This document shows positions 40,302-48,790 of a stretch of 64,000 bases of DNA, one piece after another. A program made the translations under genes and the position numbers. Location of the stretch: the NCBI GenBank assembly GCA_902594855.1, contig CACJNS010000001.1, forward strand, positions 104,696 to 168,695, read 5' to 3'. Below the pieces are notes generated by a model. That model searched no databases. It saw only the letters and a list, made by a program, of their open reading frames with translations, and was not told the DNA's origin. The DNA comes from an uncultured SAR86 cluster bacterium. GTDB lineage: Bacteria > Pseudomonadota > Gammaproteobacteria > Magnimaribacterales > AG-339-G14. The first letter of the stretch is position 1. Every line of letters starts with the position of its first letter.

Positions 40302-41519
40302 ATGGATATAAAACCGATACCTACACTTTCAGAAGAAGTAAATGACATAAGAACTAGAACAGCAAATATTGTTGCTGAACATATTATTCCCAATGAAAAA
40401 GATATTTATTCTGGCGGAGACAAATCTAAATCCCTCCGAGAGGATATTAGACAAGAAGTTAAAAAAGAAAAGCTATGGGCGCCTCATCTACCAGAAGAGT
40501 ATGGAGGAATGGGAATTGGCTTCATTGCTCATGCCTATATGAATGAAATTTTGGCCTGGTCTCCATTATCCAACAGACTTTTTGGAGTGATAGCTCCTAA
40601 TTCGGGTAACCAAAAAGTGCTCCTTAAATACGGCTCTGAGGAGCAAAAGAAAAAATGGCTGCTTCCATTAATAGAAGGAGAAATGGAGTCATGTTTTTCA
40701 ATGACCGAGCCAGACAATGCCGGTTCTGATCCCAGATCAATCAAAACAACTGCAAAAAAAGATGGTGATCACTGGGTCATAAATGGTCATAAAGTTATGA
40801 CGTCTAACGGAATCAGAGCTGATTTCGCTATTGTCATGTGCAGAACAGAAGAGGAAGATGGATCTGGAGGCGTGAATTCAAGAATGTCTCAAATTATTGT
40901 CCCTACAGACTCAGAGGGATTCAATATTGTTCGATCAGTTCCCATATGGGGACATACCGGGGGAGATCACGTAGAAATTAAATACGAAAATGTCAGAGTT
41001 CCCATAGAAAATACTCTCGGCGCAAGAGGATCAGGTCATCAGGCTGCGCAAGATAGATTAGGTGCAGGAAGGGTTTTTCATTGCATGAATTCTATAGGGC
41101 AAATGTGGCGAGCTTTTGATCTGATGCTTAAGAGAACTATAGAAAGAGAAGTTCATGGAGGAAAATTAGAAACCAAACAACTTATTCAAGGCTTCATTGC
41201 CGACTCATATATAGATATTCAAACAGCTAGACTAATGACTATCCATTGTGCTGAGGTTATGGAAGCTGAAGGCAACCCAAGAGTTGATATCTCTGCACTA
41301 AAAGTTTACGTGCCAAATGCTATGCACAAGGTCGTGGACAGAGCAATTCAAGTATATGGTTGGAAAGGTGTTTCATCAGATCTACCTCTCGCAGGCATGT
41401 ATCAAGGAGCAAGGACATTGAGACTAGCTGATGGACCTGATGAAGTTCACAGAGTTTTAATAGCTAAGGAAATCTTAAAAAAATATCACGAAGGTCTTTC
41501 TTGGGACTTTGGTTTTTAA
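40302..41519 (+). CDS. Acyl-CoA dehydrogenase
   Basis: SMTEPDNAGSD and the overall ACAD layout. The ATG at 40302, behind a GAGGAG SD, is preferred over the GTG at 40287. Confidence 0.85.
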   Translation: MDIKPIPTLSEEVNDIRTRTANIVAEHIIPNEKDIYSGGDKSKSLREDIRQEVKKEKLWAPHLPEEYGGMGIGFIAHAYMNEILAWSPLSNRLFGVIAPNSGNQKVLLKYGSEEQKKKWLLPLIEGEMESCFSMTEPDNAGSDPRSIKTTAKKDGDHWVINGHKVMTSNGIRADFAIVMCRTEEEDGSGGVNSRMSQIIVPTDSEGFNIVRSVPIWGHTGGDHVEIKYENVRVPIENTLGARGSGHQAAQDRLGAGRVFHCMNSIGQMWRAFDLMLKRTIEREVHGGKLETKQLIQGFIADSYIDIQTARLMTIHCAEVMEAEGNPRVDISALKVYVPNAMHKVVDRAIQVYGWKGVSSDLPLAGMYQGARTLRLADGPDEVHRVLIAKEILKKYHEGLSWDFGF

Positions 41520-41520
41520 A

Positions 41521-41970
41521 TTATTTTCTTACAGTATCTTTCATCTGCTTCAGGTATTTTTTATTAATGTCTGCCATTTTTGCTGTGCAAGTAGCTGAAG
41601 CAATCAATTTATCGTCTTGAAATAATTCTGAAGAGAGAAATCCAATTGATTTTCCGATCTTAGTAACTTTTGCTCTAGCTAAATATTTGCCAGGAGCACC
41701 GGATGATAAATAATTGATATTCATATCAATTGTCATGGGAGATTTTTCATAATCCGTTAGCTCAAATGCTAGAAAAGCCATTGAACAATCAAGCATAGTG
41801 GCAACGAAACCACCTTGAAGGATTCTTCCGCCGGTGTGACAAAAGTCTGATGAAGCTTCAAAGCTCATAGATAGAGTTTCTTCAGTCTTATCTATTTTCT
41901 CAACTTTGGCATTGAATATGTCAAGATAAACGGGTCTATGATCTGAGTTATTTGATTGATTTGAATGCAT
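41521..41970 (-). CDS. PaaI/hotdog-fold thioesterase
   Basis: HTGGRILQGGFVATMLD is typical of PaaI-type thioesterases. Confidence 0.7.
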   Translation of the reverse strand: MHSNQSNNSDHRPVYLDIFNAKVEKIDKTEETLSMSFEASSDFCHTGGRILQGGFVATMLDCSMAFLAFELTDYEKSPMTIDMNINYLSSGAPGKYLARAKVTKIGKSIGFLSSELFQDDKLIASATCTAKMADINKKYLKQMKDTVRK

Positions 41971-43345
41971 CTATTGCTCTAAGTCTTGAAAATTTCAAGT
42001 CTACAATCATTTCTGGATAGTTTAAAGATGATCTAGTTTCTATAGAGGGGTTATGTATCTCATTAGATGGACAGTCAATTAGCTCAGGTACAAATTTTTT
42101 AATAAATTTACCGTCAGGATCAAATTTTTCAGACTGAGTAATTGGATTAAAAATTCTAAAATAGGGAGATGCATCAACTCCTGTAGATGCGCTCCACTGC
42201 CAGCCACCGTTATTTGAACAAAAATCTCCATCTATTAAATTTTCCATGAAATATCTCTCTCCTTTTCTCCAATCTATGAGTAAGTTTTTACTTAGGAACA
42301 TTGCTGTAATCATTCTAAGTCGGTTATGCATCCATTTTGTCTGATTCAACTGCCTCATAGCTGCGTCAATAATGGGAATTCCAGTTTTACCTTCACACCA
42401 CTTGATGAAAGAATCTTCATCTTCTCTCCAAGAAATTAGATCATATTTAGGATTAAAGCTCTTCCCTTTAGATACGTGAGGATAATGATAGGTAATGTAC
42501 TTATAAAATTCTCTCCAAATTATTTCGTTTACCCATGCAAACTGACCTGTTCCGGTTCCATCTGAGTTTGAGAAGACTTGATTTATAGCTTGTTTAGAAG
42601 TAATTAGACCAATTGCGAATGAAGAAGATAAGTTGCTTGTTGAAGACAGGCTTGGAATATCTCTTAATTCTTTGTAATCTGAAATAGAAGTTTCAACAAA
42701 CTCTTCAAGCCTTTTGGCTGCTGATTTTTCTGTCACAGGATAATTATCGATAGAAAAATTAAACTCTTTGTCATAAGTATCATTAAATAAAGGAATCTGA
42801 TCTTCATCTGTTATTTTTTTGTCCTGTTTTAAAGGCTCAGGTTCTTCTTGAAGCATTTCTGGTTTTAATAAAGTCCTAATTTTTTTTGAATAAGGTGTAA
42901 AAACTTTAAAAGGCTGTCCGGAATTATTTTTGACCTCAGTTGGATCAATAAGCTGAGAGTCAAACATCTCAAGATTGATTTCATTTTTATTGCATAACGT
43001 TTCTAGTTTCTTATTTCTTTGTTGTTCATTGAAAGGATATTCAGAATTCAGAAATATATTCGTAATTTGATGTTTTTTACAAAATCCTAAAATTTCTTTT
43101 GGTTCATCTTTAATATCTTGCGAATGAAGAATTTTAATTGGGATATTTAGAGAAACCAGAGGATTGCGTAATTCAGCTAATGCAAGAAGTTTAAGTTTTA
43201 ATTTAGCTAAGGAGTCTCCATGTTCTTCATTTTTTCCTTTATTAATTATGTATAGGGCAATTAAGCCTTTCTGTTCTAAAGAAGCTTCATAGAGTGCTTT
43301 ATTGTCTCTAATTCTTAGGTCTTCAGAAAAAATAAAAAGATTCAT
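41948..43345 (-). CDS. phrB: Deoxyribodipyrimidine photolyase (CPD class I / cryptochrome family)
   Basis: IFSEDLRIRDN, WREFYKY, TGIPIIDAAMRQL, MHNRLRM, NNGGWQWSASTG, and PYFRIFNP. Confidence 0.9.
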   Translation of the reverse strand: MNLFIFSEDLRIRDNKALYEASLEQKGLIALYIINKGKNEEHGDSLAKLKLKLLALAELRNPLVSLNIPIKILHSQDIKDEPKEILGFCKKHQITNIFLNSEYPFNEQQRNKKLETLCNKNEINLEMFDSQLIDPTEVKNNSGQPFKVFTPYSKKIRTLLKPEMLQEEPEPLKQDKKITDEDQIPLFNDTYDKEFNFSIDNYPVTEKSAAKRLEEFVETSISDYKELRDIPSLSSTSNLSSSFAIGLITSKQAINQVFSNSDGTGTGQFAWVNEIIWREFYKYITYHYPHVSKGKSFNPKYDLISWREDEDSFIKWCEGKTGIPIIDAAMRQLNQTKWMHNRLRMITAMFLSKNLLIDWRKGERYFMENLIDGDFCSNNGGWQWSASTGVDASPYFRIFNPITQSEKFDPDGKFIKKFVPELIDCPSNEIHNPSIETRSSLNYPEMIVDLKFSRLRAIDAFKSIK

Positions 43346-43419
43346 AAATGTGGTGGTAGATCAGCGAGAATATTTCGCCCAACCTATTAAAATTAATACC
43401 CACTAACCTACCATAATTT

Positions 43420-43440
43420 GGCGGGTCTATTAAACCCGCC
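43420..43440. other. GC-rich stem-loop GGCGGGT-ctattaa-ACCCGCC inside a 195-nt spacer
   Basis: A perfect 7-bp GC-rich stem read directly from the sequence. No T-run follows on either strand, so it is not a textbook terminator. Confidence 0.3.
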
Positions 43441-43540
43441 ATGTTCAGGAAATAGGAGAGATTATGGGGGAGAAAGATTACCTGAACAAAAGGGATTCTA
43501 TATAAAAAAAAGGAAGGTAGCGGTTATAAAGTGCTAATCT

Positions 43541-44713
43541 TTAGTTATTAAAAACTTCTTCAAATTTGATACCGGATTTGCTTAACCTCTCAAGCAAAGC
43601 ATTACCAAGACCGTAAGCAGAGGTTAAAACTCCTCCAGAATTTAAATTATCGCAAATTGCTAACGTAATAGCAGACTCGCAAACCATTTGGGCGGTAGCT
43701 TTATAGCCTGGATCTCCATCTCCGTAAATTTGAAAATATTTGACCTCGCCATCCTCAGCTTCCACTTTAAAAAGTCCTCTGAACCAGCCATTTTCTCTTG
43801 TCACCTTATCTGGACCTTCTCCGGGTTTAGGTAAGAATCTTCTAACAATATGTCTTAGAGGAGTGGAGATTACTAAAAAAGCTAAGATCAATCCAAAACT
43901 GGCTAATCTTGCCGATCTTTTTGAAGGATAGCTTCCAAGTTCTCTAAAGATAAAATCAGAGCCATAGTTTTTTTGATCAGCATCATACAAAGCTGAACTT
44001 CGCCTGACTACTCTTGTATTTGCAAAAGACATCAAGCCTATTCCCGAATAAGAGTCAGTATTTTCAATCTTTTTAATTTCAAACCCATCTTTACTTAATT
44101 TCCTTTGTTTTTCAGAAACGCTGTTTTCTGGGTTCAAAAGAAAAGTGTCTCTTTTTTCTTTTGGAAGAGGTCCAATAGTAAACATTGTTTCTGTTGTGCC
44201 CCCGCTTACTCCTCCTTGACCTGAATGATAAACAGTGACCTTTTTAACGGGCTTTCCCATTTGTTGAACAGAGTAAAAAACACCCATATCAGAAGGTATA
44301 GAATCATAACCGCATGAGGGTATTATTCTTGTTCCCTCTTCGGAAGCTTTTTCATGATGATCGTCAATCAAATCTTTTACCCAGTGATTCTCTCCGGTTA
44401 TATCTGTGTAATGAGTTTTATTTTCTACGCAAGATTTGACTATTAAATTACTATATCTGGCAAAGGGACCAGCGGTTGATAAGACTACTCTGGTTTTGGA
44501 TACAAAGTTATCAATGGATTCTTTATCATCGCCAGAAGCAACATAAATGTCGCAATTTAAATTTAAAGAATTTTTTAGATCATTTAATTTTTGGTTATTC
44601 CGCCCTGCGATAGCCCATTTTATTTCAGGGTAATTATCTTTTAGATATTCCGCACAAAGCTTTCCGGTGAAACCGGTAGCTCCGTACAAGATTATTTGAT
44701 ATTCCCTATCCAT
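43541..44713 (-). CDS. Saccharopine-dehydrogenase-like NAD(P)-binding protein
   Basis: IILYGATGFTGKLCAEYL at the N-terminus. 390 aa. Confidence 0.75.
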   Translation of the reverse strand: MDREYQIILYGATGFTGKLCAEYLKDNYPEIKWAIAGRNNQKLNDLKNSLNLNCDIYVASGDDKESIDNFVSKTRVVLSTAGPFARYSNLIVKSCVENKTHYTDITGENHWVKDLIDDHHEKASEEGTRIIPSCGYDSIPSDMGVFYSVQQMGKPVKKVTVYHSGQGGVSGGTTETMFTIGPLPKEKRDTFLLNPENSVSEKQRKLSKDGFEIKKIENTDSYSGIGLMSFANTRVVRRSSALYDADQKNYGSDFIFRELGSYPSKRSARLASFGLILAFLVISTPLRHIVRRFLPKPGEGPDKVTRENGWFRGLFKVEAEDGEVKYFQIYGDGDPGYKATAQMVCESAITLAICDNLNSGGVLTSAYGLGNALLERLSKSGIKFEEVFNN

Positions 44714-44719
44714 TAAGCT

Positions 44720-44796
44720 TGGTCGGGACGGCTGGATTTGAACCAGCGACCACTTGACCCCCAGTCAAGTGCGCTACCAGGCTGCGCCACGCCCCG
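44720..44796 (-). tRNA. tRNA-Pro (anticodon GGG), CCA encoded
   Basis: Hand-folded cloverleaf: CGGGGCG-UG-GCGC-AGCCUGGUA-GCGC-A-CUUGA-CUGGGGG-UCAAG-UGGUC-GCUGG-UUCAAAU-CCAGC-CGUCCCG-ACCA. 77 nt, G37, one G-U pair in the acceptor stem. Confidence 0.92.
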
Positions 44797-44802
44797 AAAA
44801 TA

Positions 44803-47800
44803 TTACTGGGCAATGGTACAGACAATTTCTCCATGATCAACACAAGGATTTCCATCGTTAAGGAGTCCCGTTTCAGGAGCTGGACCAATAAAAGCAGAGT
44901 CATAAACTGATGGTTGTTGATCATCCAATCCTGCAGGGTTAGTTGAATAAATATTATTACCTACAGCACTAGCTAGTGGTTTTAGAAAATATTCCCCCCT
45001 TAAGAATTTAGATTTAAGTTCGGTTCCATCCTCAGCTGATAAAATACTTCCATCAGGAACTATGTACTCTGGGAAACCTCTGATTGCCTGTCTTTGAGTC
45101 TCAGTTAGTGTATTCCAATCTAAATATTCGTCGACTTCTACCCAGTCAACAACATTAAAGTTTATCCAGTCCATTCCCCAAAGACGTCCAAAGCCCGCGT
45201 ATTCAAGGGTTTGCTTTCTTCCTGCTTTCTTACCAAACTTTGCTGCATCATCAGGGATATCAAATGTCACTCCCTCAGGTCTGGATATCTCCACCAATGC
45301 ACCGTTTGCATCAAAGGCTTGATAATTGATCCATGTATCCCAATTAACCTCGTAATATTCGGTCATTTGCCAAAGTTTATCGCCGCAGTATCTAAAGTTC
45401 TCTGAAGATTCTACAGTTGAATCATTGTGACGCTCATAGGAATCTAATGTTCCATCTCCATTAGAGTCTCGAGTTTTTTCACACTCAACTTCAGAAGCAT
45501 TATCCATATCAAAAAGCGTCATATGACTTTGCATATAACAATCGCGATCAACTCCGTTTGGATTGAGGTAACATATTTTATCTCTGAATTTATCCCAAGG
45601 ATCGTTCACTTCATACATTGCTGCTGGTAACGCAATCGGAACATTAGTGATTGTATCTGCCAAGGTATCTCCTGAAGCTTGATATTGTAAAAGTTCATCA
45701 GAGAGGACTCCTTGCTGGGTCCAATATCCTTTGTTGGAGCCGCTTCGTACGTATGGTCCTGTTGGAACTGCGTTAGAATCTCCTTCGAGTATTTTCCGAC
45801 CGGAGTAAGGAGTAGGAACAGTTCCTTCTGCTGGACTATCAGCAGTACCCTGAGAAATTAGTGCTAATGCTCCATTATAGTAGGCTGCAAAGCTATCACC
45901 TGAAAAACACCTTTCTATACAACCTAGTGTTTTGCCAGCAATTTCGGCTGTAGAAATATCTTTTTCTGTTCTTCTTCTTACCTCATTGGCTGCTGGATCT
46001 TTTAGGGCAGCTTGCCTGATCTCATAACCTTGACCACGTCCGTGCGCCCAAATGTTTCTCCAGACTTCGTATCCGTCACCTGCATCTAAATTTTCATCCC
46101 AAGCAATCAAATACTCCTCTGGGGTAAATGTGAATGGAGTAATCTCATCATCGCTAATCCATCTTCCAGAAGCATTTGTTGTTACTGCTCGATCGAAGAC
46201 AAAAGCTCCAACCGGGGTAGACCCACCTGAAGCGTAAGCTGCATCCCAGTAACCTAAAAAGATTTTTTTACCTGAATCAACAGGGACTCCGAGAGATTTC
46301 CATCTCTCTTTTCGACATCTATCGTCTTCCCCATTCGAATCGTTATCTTTGATATCATAAATTGGAGTTGTTCCCGAGTAACCTACAATTCTTGGGTTTT
46401 CATTCCACCAGCAGTCTGAGCCGACTTCTGTGAGGTCCCATTCGATGTGTAAGTCTACTTCGGTTCCAGACAGACTATTAAGAGAAACATTATCAATGGA
46501 CATTTTTCTCAAGTTCATCTTCCTTTGCTTTAAGAAATACTGACCGGTGTCATCAGAATTTACTTTTTCGAAAGCCAATGTATCAGTTACATTTTCTCTC
46601 CATTCTTCCCCGATATGAGTACCCCAATAATCTGCCCATGCATATATAGGCTCTGTTCTGTCTTCATCCCAAGGGCTTTGAAATTCAGTTAAAGACTTAA
46701 GCTCAAACCCAGGATTTTTTAAATCATATCTTTTTCCATCGGAATTGGTGTAAAGACCGTACTCCCAAACAGATAATTTTGCATCATCTGCATTGGTAGA
46801 TTCACAAGTTTCATTAATACCTGCAGCTGGTCCATTTTCCGATCGCCAAGGGTAGTTTTCCAGATCGAAATCAATTGCCTTCCATTCCGCTGTGACGTCA
46901 GTGGTGGTATCCCCATCCTCGCCAGGGGTTCTTCTGTTTACTTTGACAATTTTTTTACAAGAAGCTTTTGTGGTCTCATCAAATGAAAAACCAAGGATCA
47001 CATCAACTTGCCACCAATTTGAATTCTCACGTTCATTGGGACCGCAACCTGCTGCATCGGCCTGATTCCATTCAATAAACTTATTATCCATAATGCAATC
47101 AAACCAACCTTGTTTCCATATCCCATCTCTTCCATTGGGGTTATCCGTCAATAGTATGCTTCTACTATTTGGACCTAGAAAAAGAACTTTGCTATCCACA
47201 GTATCCAACCTTCCAGATCCCATTTGATAACCTATGGGAGGACACTTCCAAAATTGGTCCGTAAAGCGCCAAAATTCATTTTGCCCTTCAACAAGACCAG
47301 CTTCTTCTGCAGCTGTTCTGGCAGCTTCATAGGAGTCATACGGAGCCTTTTGACAATTAGATTCAACTACAAAATCTAATTCTATGTCTCCATTTGGGTC
47401 TTCAGCTGTTGCACCCGACCATACCTTAGTTAATGCATATATAAGTTGGTCAGGTTGAGCATCCCACATACCCTCATAATCTGCCTGTGCTTCTGAATAA
47501 TCACCTTCTTGGTAATACCAAGATTTGACTTCTATGTAGTCTTGATTGTTTACTTCACTAAAAGCTGAAACTACGTCAACTATCATTGTACTTGCGACCT
47601 CAATTTCAGGAGCGCCTGCTTGTTGGTTCCCTCCTGAAGCTGCAGCTTGAGCATCTGCTCTTGCGCCAGCTACATCACATCTATCCTCATAAACAGTCGC
47701 TTTATAAGGTCCTTTATCAATGAATTCCTCTACCTTTAACTTTGAAATAATACAAAGAATATTGTTTGCAGTATTAAGAGTTTCTTCGACCTCATTATTA

Positions 47801-47889
47801 GCCATGTAGATCTCTGCCGTATCTTCATCGTATGTTTGAGTAAAAACAAACGGCGCAAAGATAATTGCAAATGTTAATAACTTTTTCAT
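44803..47889 (-). CDS. Large secreted protein of unknown function (1028 aa) with Ca-binding-type loops
   Basis: Signal peptide [25 protein letters not shown], an EF-hand-like loop [12 protein letters not shown], and many Cys, Trp and Asp residues. No catalytic motif recognised. Confidence 0.6.
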   Translation of the reverse strand: MKKLLTFAIIFAPFVFTQTYDEDTAEIYMANNEVEETLNTANNILCIISKLKVEEFIDKGPYKATVYEDRCDVAGARADAQAAASGGNQQAGAPEIEVASTMIVDVVSAFSEVNNQDYIEVKSWYYQEGDYSEAQADYEGMWDAQPDQLIYALTKVWSGATAEDPNGDIELDFVVESNCQKAPYDSYEAARTAAEEAGLVEGQNEFWRFTDQFWKCPPIGYQMGSGRLDTVDSKVLFLGPNSRSILLTDNPNGRDGIWKQGWFDCIMDNKFIEWNQADAAGCGPNERENSNWWQVDVILGFSFDETTKASCKKIVKVNRRTPGEDGDTTTDVTAEWKAIDFDLENYPWRSENGPAAGINETCESTNADDAKLSVWEYGLYTNSDGKRYDLKNPGFELKSLTEFQSPWDEDRTEPIYAWADYWGTHIGEEWRENVTDTLAFEKVNSDDTGQYFLKQRKMNLRKMSIDNVSLNSLSGTEVDLHIEWDLTEVGSDCWWNENPRIVGYSGTTPIYDIKDNDSNGEDDRCRKERWKSLGVPVDSGKKIFLGYWDAAYASGGSTPVGAFVFDRAVTTNASGRWISDDEITPFTFTPEEYLIAWDENLDAGDGYEVWRNIWAHGRGQGYEIRQAALKDPAANEVRRRTEKDISTAEIAGKTLGCIERCFSGDSFAAYYNGALALISQGTADSPAEGTVPTPYSGRKILEGDSNAVPTGPYVRSGSNKGYWTQQGVLSDELLQYQASGDTLADTITNVPIALPAAMYEVNDPWDKFRDKICYLNPNGVDRDCYMQSHMTLFDMDNASEVECEKTRDSNGDGTLDSYERHNDSTVESSENFRYCGDKLWQMTEYYEVNWDTWINYQAFDANGALVEISRPEGVTFDIPDDAAKFGKKAGRKQTLEYAGFGRLWGMDWINFNVVDWVEVDEYLDWNTLTETQRQAIRGFPEYIVPDGSILSAEDGTELKSKFLRGEYFLKPLASAVGNNIYSTNPAGLDDQQPSVYDSAFIGPAPETGLLNDGNPCVDHGEIVCTIAQ

Positions 47890-47909
47890 AATTCTCTCCT
47901 AAGGATTTT

Positions 47910-48149
47910 TTATTCAACTTTGATGGCCTCTACTTTATTCGGTAGAACAAAGTTAGCGGGATCAATATTGCTCGAGGTTCCAGTAGAACCTGAACCAGTT
48001 CCAGTTCCTGATCCTGAACCTGATCCTGAACCAGCTGATGAGCCTGAGCCTGTTGAGCCTACGGAAGATGGAGATCCTCCACCCCCGCCTCCACAAGAAG
48101 CAAGAATTAAAAATGTAGTTATTAGAAATGTTGACCCAAATCTTTTCAT
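47910..48149 (-). CDS. Small lipoprotein made mostly of a Gly/Ser/Thr linker (79 aa)
   Basis: Lipobox LILASC followed by GGGGGGSPSSVGSTGSGSSAGSGSGSGSGTGTGSGSTGTSS and a 20-aa tail. GAGGAGAG SD. Confidence 0.65.
   Translation of the reverse strand: MKRFGSTFLITTFLILASCGGGGGGSPSSVGSTGSGSSAGSGSGSGSGTGTGSGSTGTSSNIDPANFVLPNKVEAIKVE
47974..48095 (-). repeat. Imperfect short tandem repeats (cctgaa/cctgat/ccagtt units) encoding the Gly/Ser/Thr linker
   Basis: Read directly from the sequence: gaacctgaaccagttccagttcctgatcctgaacctgatcctgaaccagctgatgagcctgagcctgttgagcct. Confidence 0.6.
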
Positions 48150-48187
48150 AAATCTCTCCTCATATCATATCGATAATACTACTTAAT

Positions 48188-48517
48188 CTAGACTTTGCTA
48201 GCTTTTTTAATAAGATTCTTAATGTTTATTAATTCTCTTTTTATGTCTAAATGATTTGGTTTTTTAATTTTTTTATTTGATAAATAAAGACTTATTTTCG
48301 CTGGTTTTATTCCTTGGTCTTTGATGAGCTTTTTTATCTCTACTAAAAGTCTTAATTTTTTTAAGTCATAGACCCTAGTAATGCCTTTGGACTTTAATTT
48401 CGGTTCAAATTTTTCCCAATATCTAATTTCTGTCTGCTTGATTTTAAGCAGAGATGAGACTTCTGAAATTGAATAATATTTTTTATTAGGTAATGAAGAA
48501 AAATCAATATCAGACAA
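48188..48517 (-). CDS. MerR-family transcriptional regulator
   Basis: YYSISEVSSLLKIKQTEIRYWEK helix-turn-helix. Its start overlaps the ihfA stop by 8 nt. Confidence 0.7.
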   Translation of the reverse strand: MSDIDFSSLPNKKYYSISEVSSLLKIKQTEIRYWEKFEPKLKSKGITRVYDLKKLRLLVEIKKLIKDQGIKPAKISLYLSNKKIKKPNHLDIKRELINIKNLIKKASKV

Positions 48518-48788
48518 TTTTATCCCTTAATTTTCGACCAGGCTTAAAAGAAATAGAAGTTCTTGCAGAAATCGTATATTCTTTGCCGGTTTTAGGGTTT
48601 CTCCCTGGACGCGCTTTCTTTTTTAAAAGTGAAAAATTACCAAAACCGCTTAATTTAACTTCTTCGCCTTTTTCTAAACTGTTAGAAATCTCATTAAAAA
48701 AAGAATTAACAAAATCTAGGCAGTCTCTTTTTGGTAGACCCATTTTTTTATGCAAGTGCTCAGCTAATTCTAGTTTCGTTATCGCCAT
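48510..48788 (-). CDS. ihfA: Integration host factor alpha subunit
   Basis: LSGFGNFSLLKKKARPGRNPKTGKEYTISARTSISFKPG. Confidence 0.9.
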   Translation of the reverse strand: MAITKLELAEHLHKKMGLPKRDCLDFVNSFFNEISNSLEKGEEVKLSGFGNFSLLKKKARPGRNPKTGKEYTISARTSISFKPGRKLRDKIV

Positions 48789-48790
48789 TG

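Noticed and set aside
44706-44924. A 72-aa minus-strand ORF spanning the tRNA
   Set aside because: It reads straight through the tRNA-Pro gene and overlaps the 3' end of the 1028-aa ORF in another frame, so it is spurious.
47920-48186. An 88-aa plus-strand ORF rich in Pro/Glu/Asp (PEPVPVPDPEPDPEPADEPEPVEP...)
   Set aside because: It is the exact antisense of the Gly/Ser/Thr linker repeats of the lipoprotein gene. It has no SD, and the lipoprotein reading (lipobox, SD, coupling to the next gene) explains the region better.
44720-48187. A classical tRNA-linked genomic island or prophage
   Set aside because: There is no integrase, no direct repeat of the tRNA 3' end that I could find nearby, and no mobility genes. 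Only two cargo genes are present, so I report it as a possible insertion, not a mobile element.
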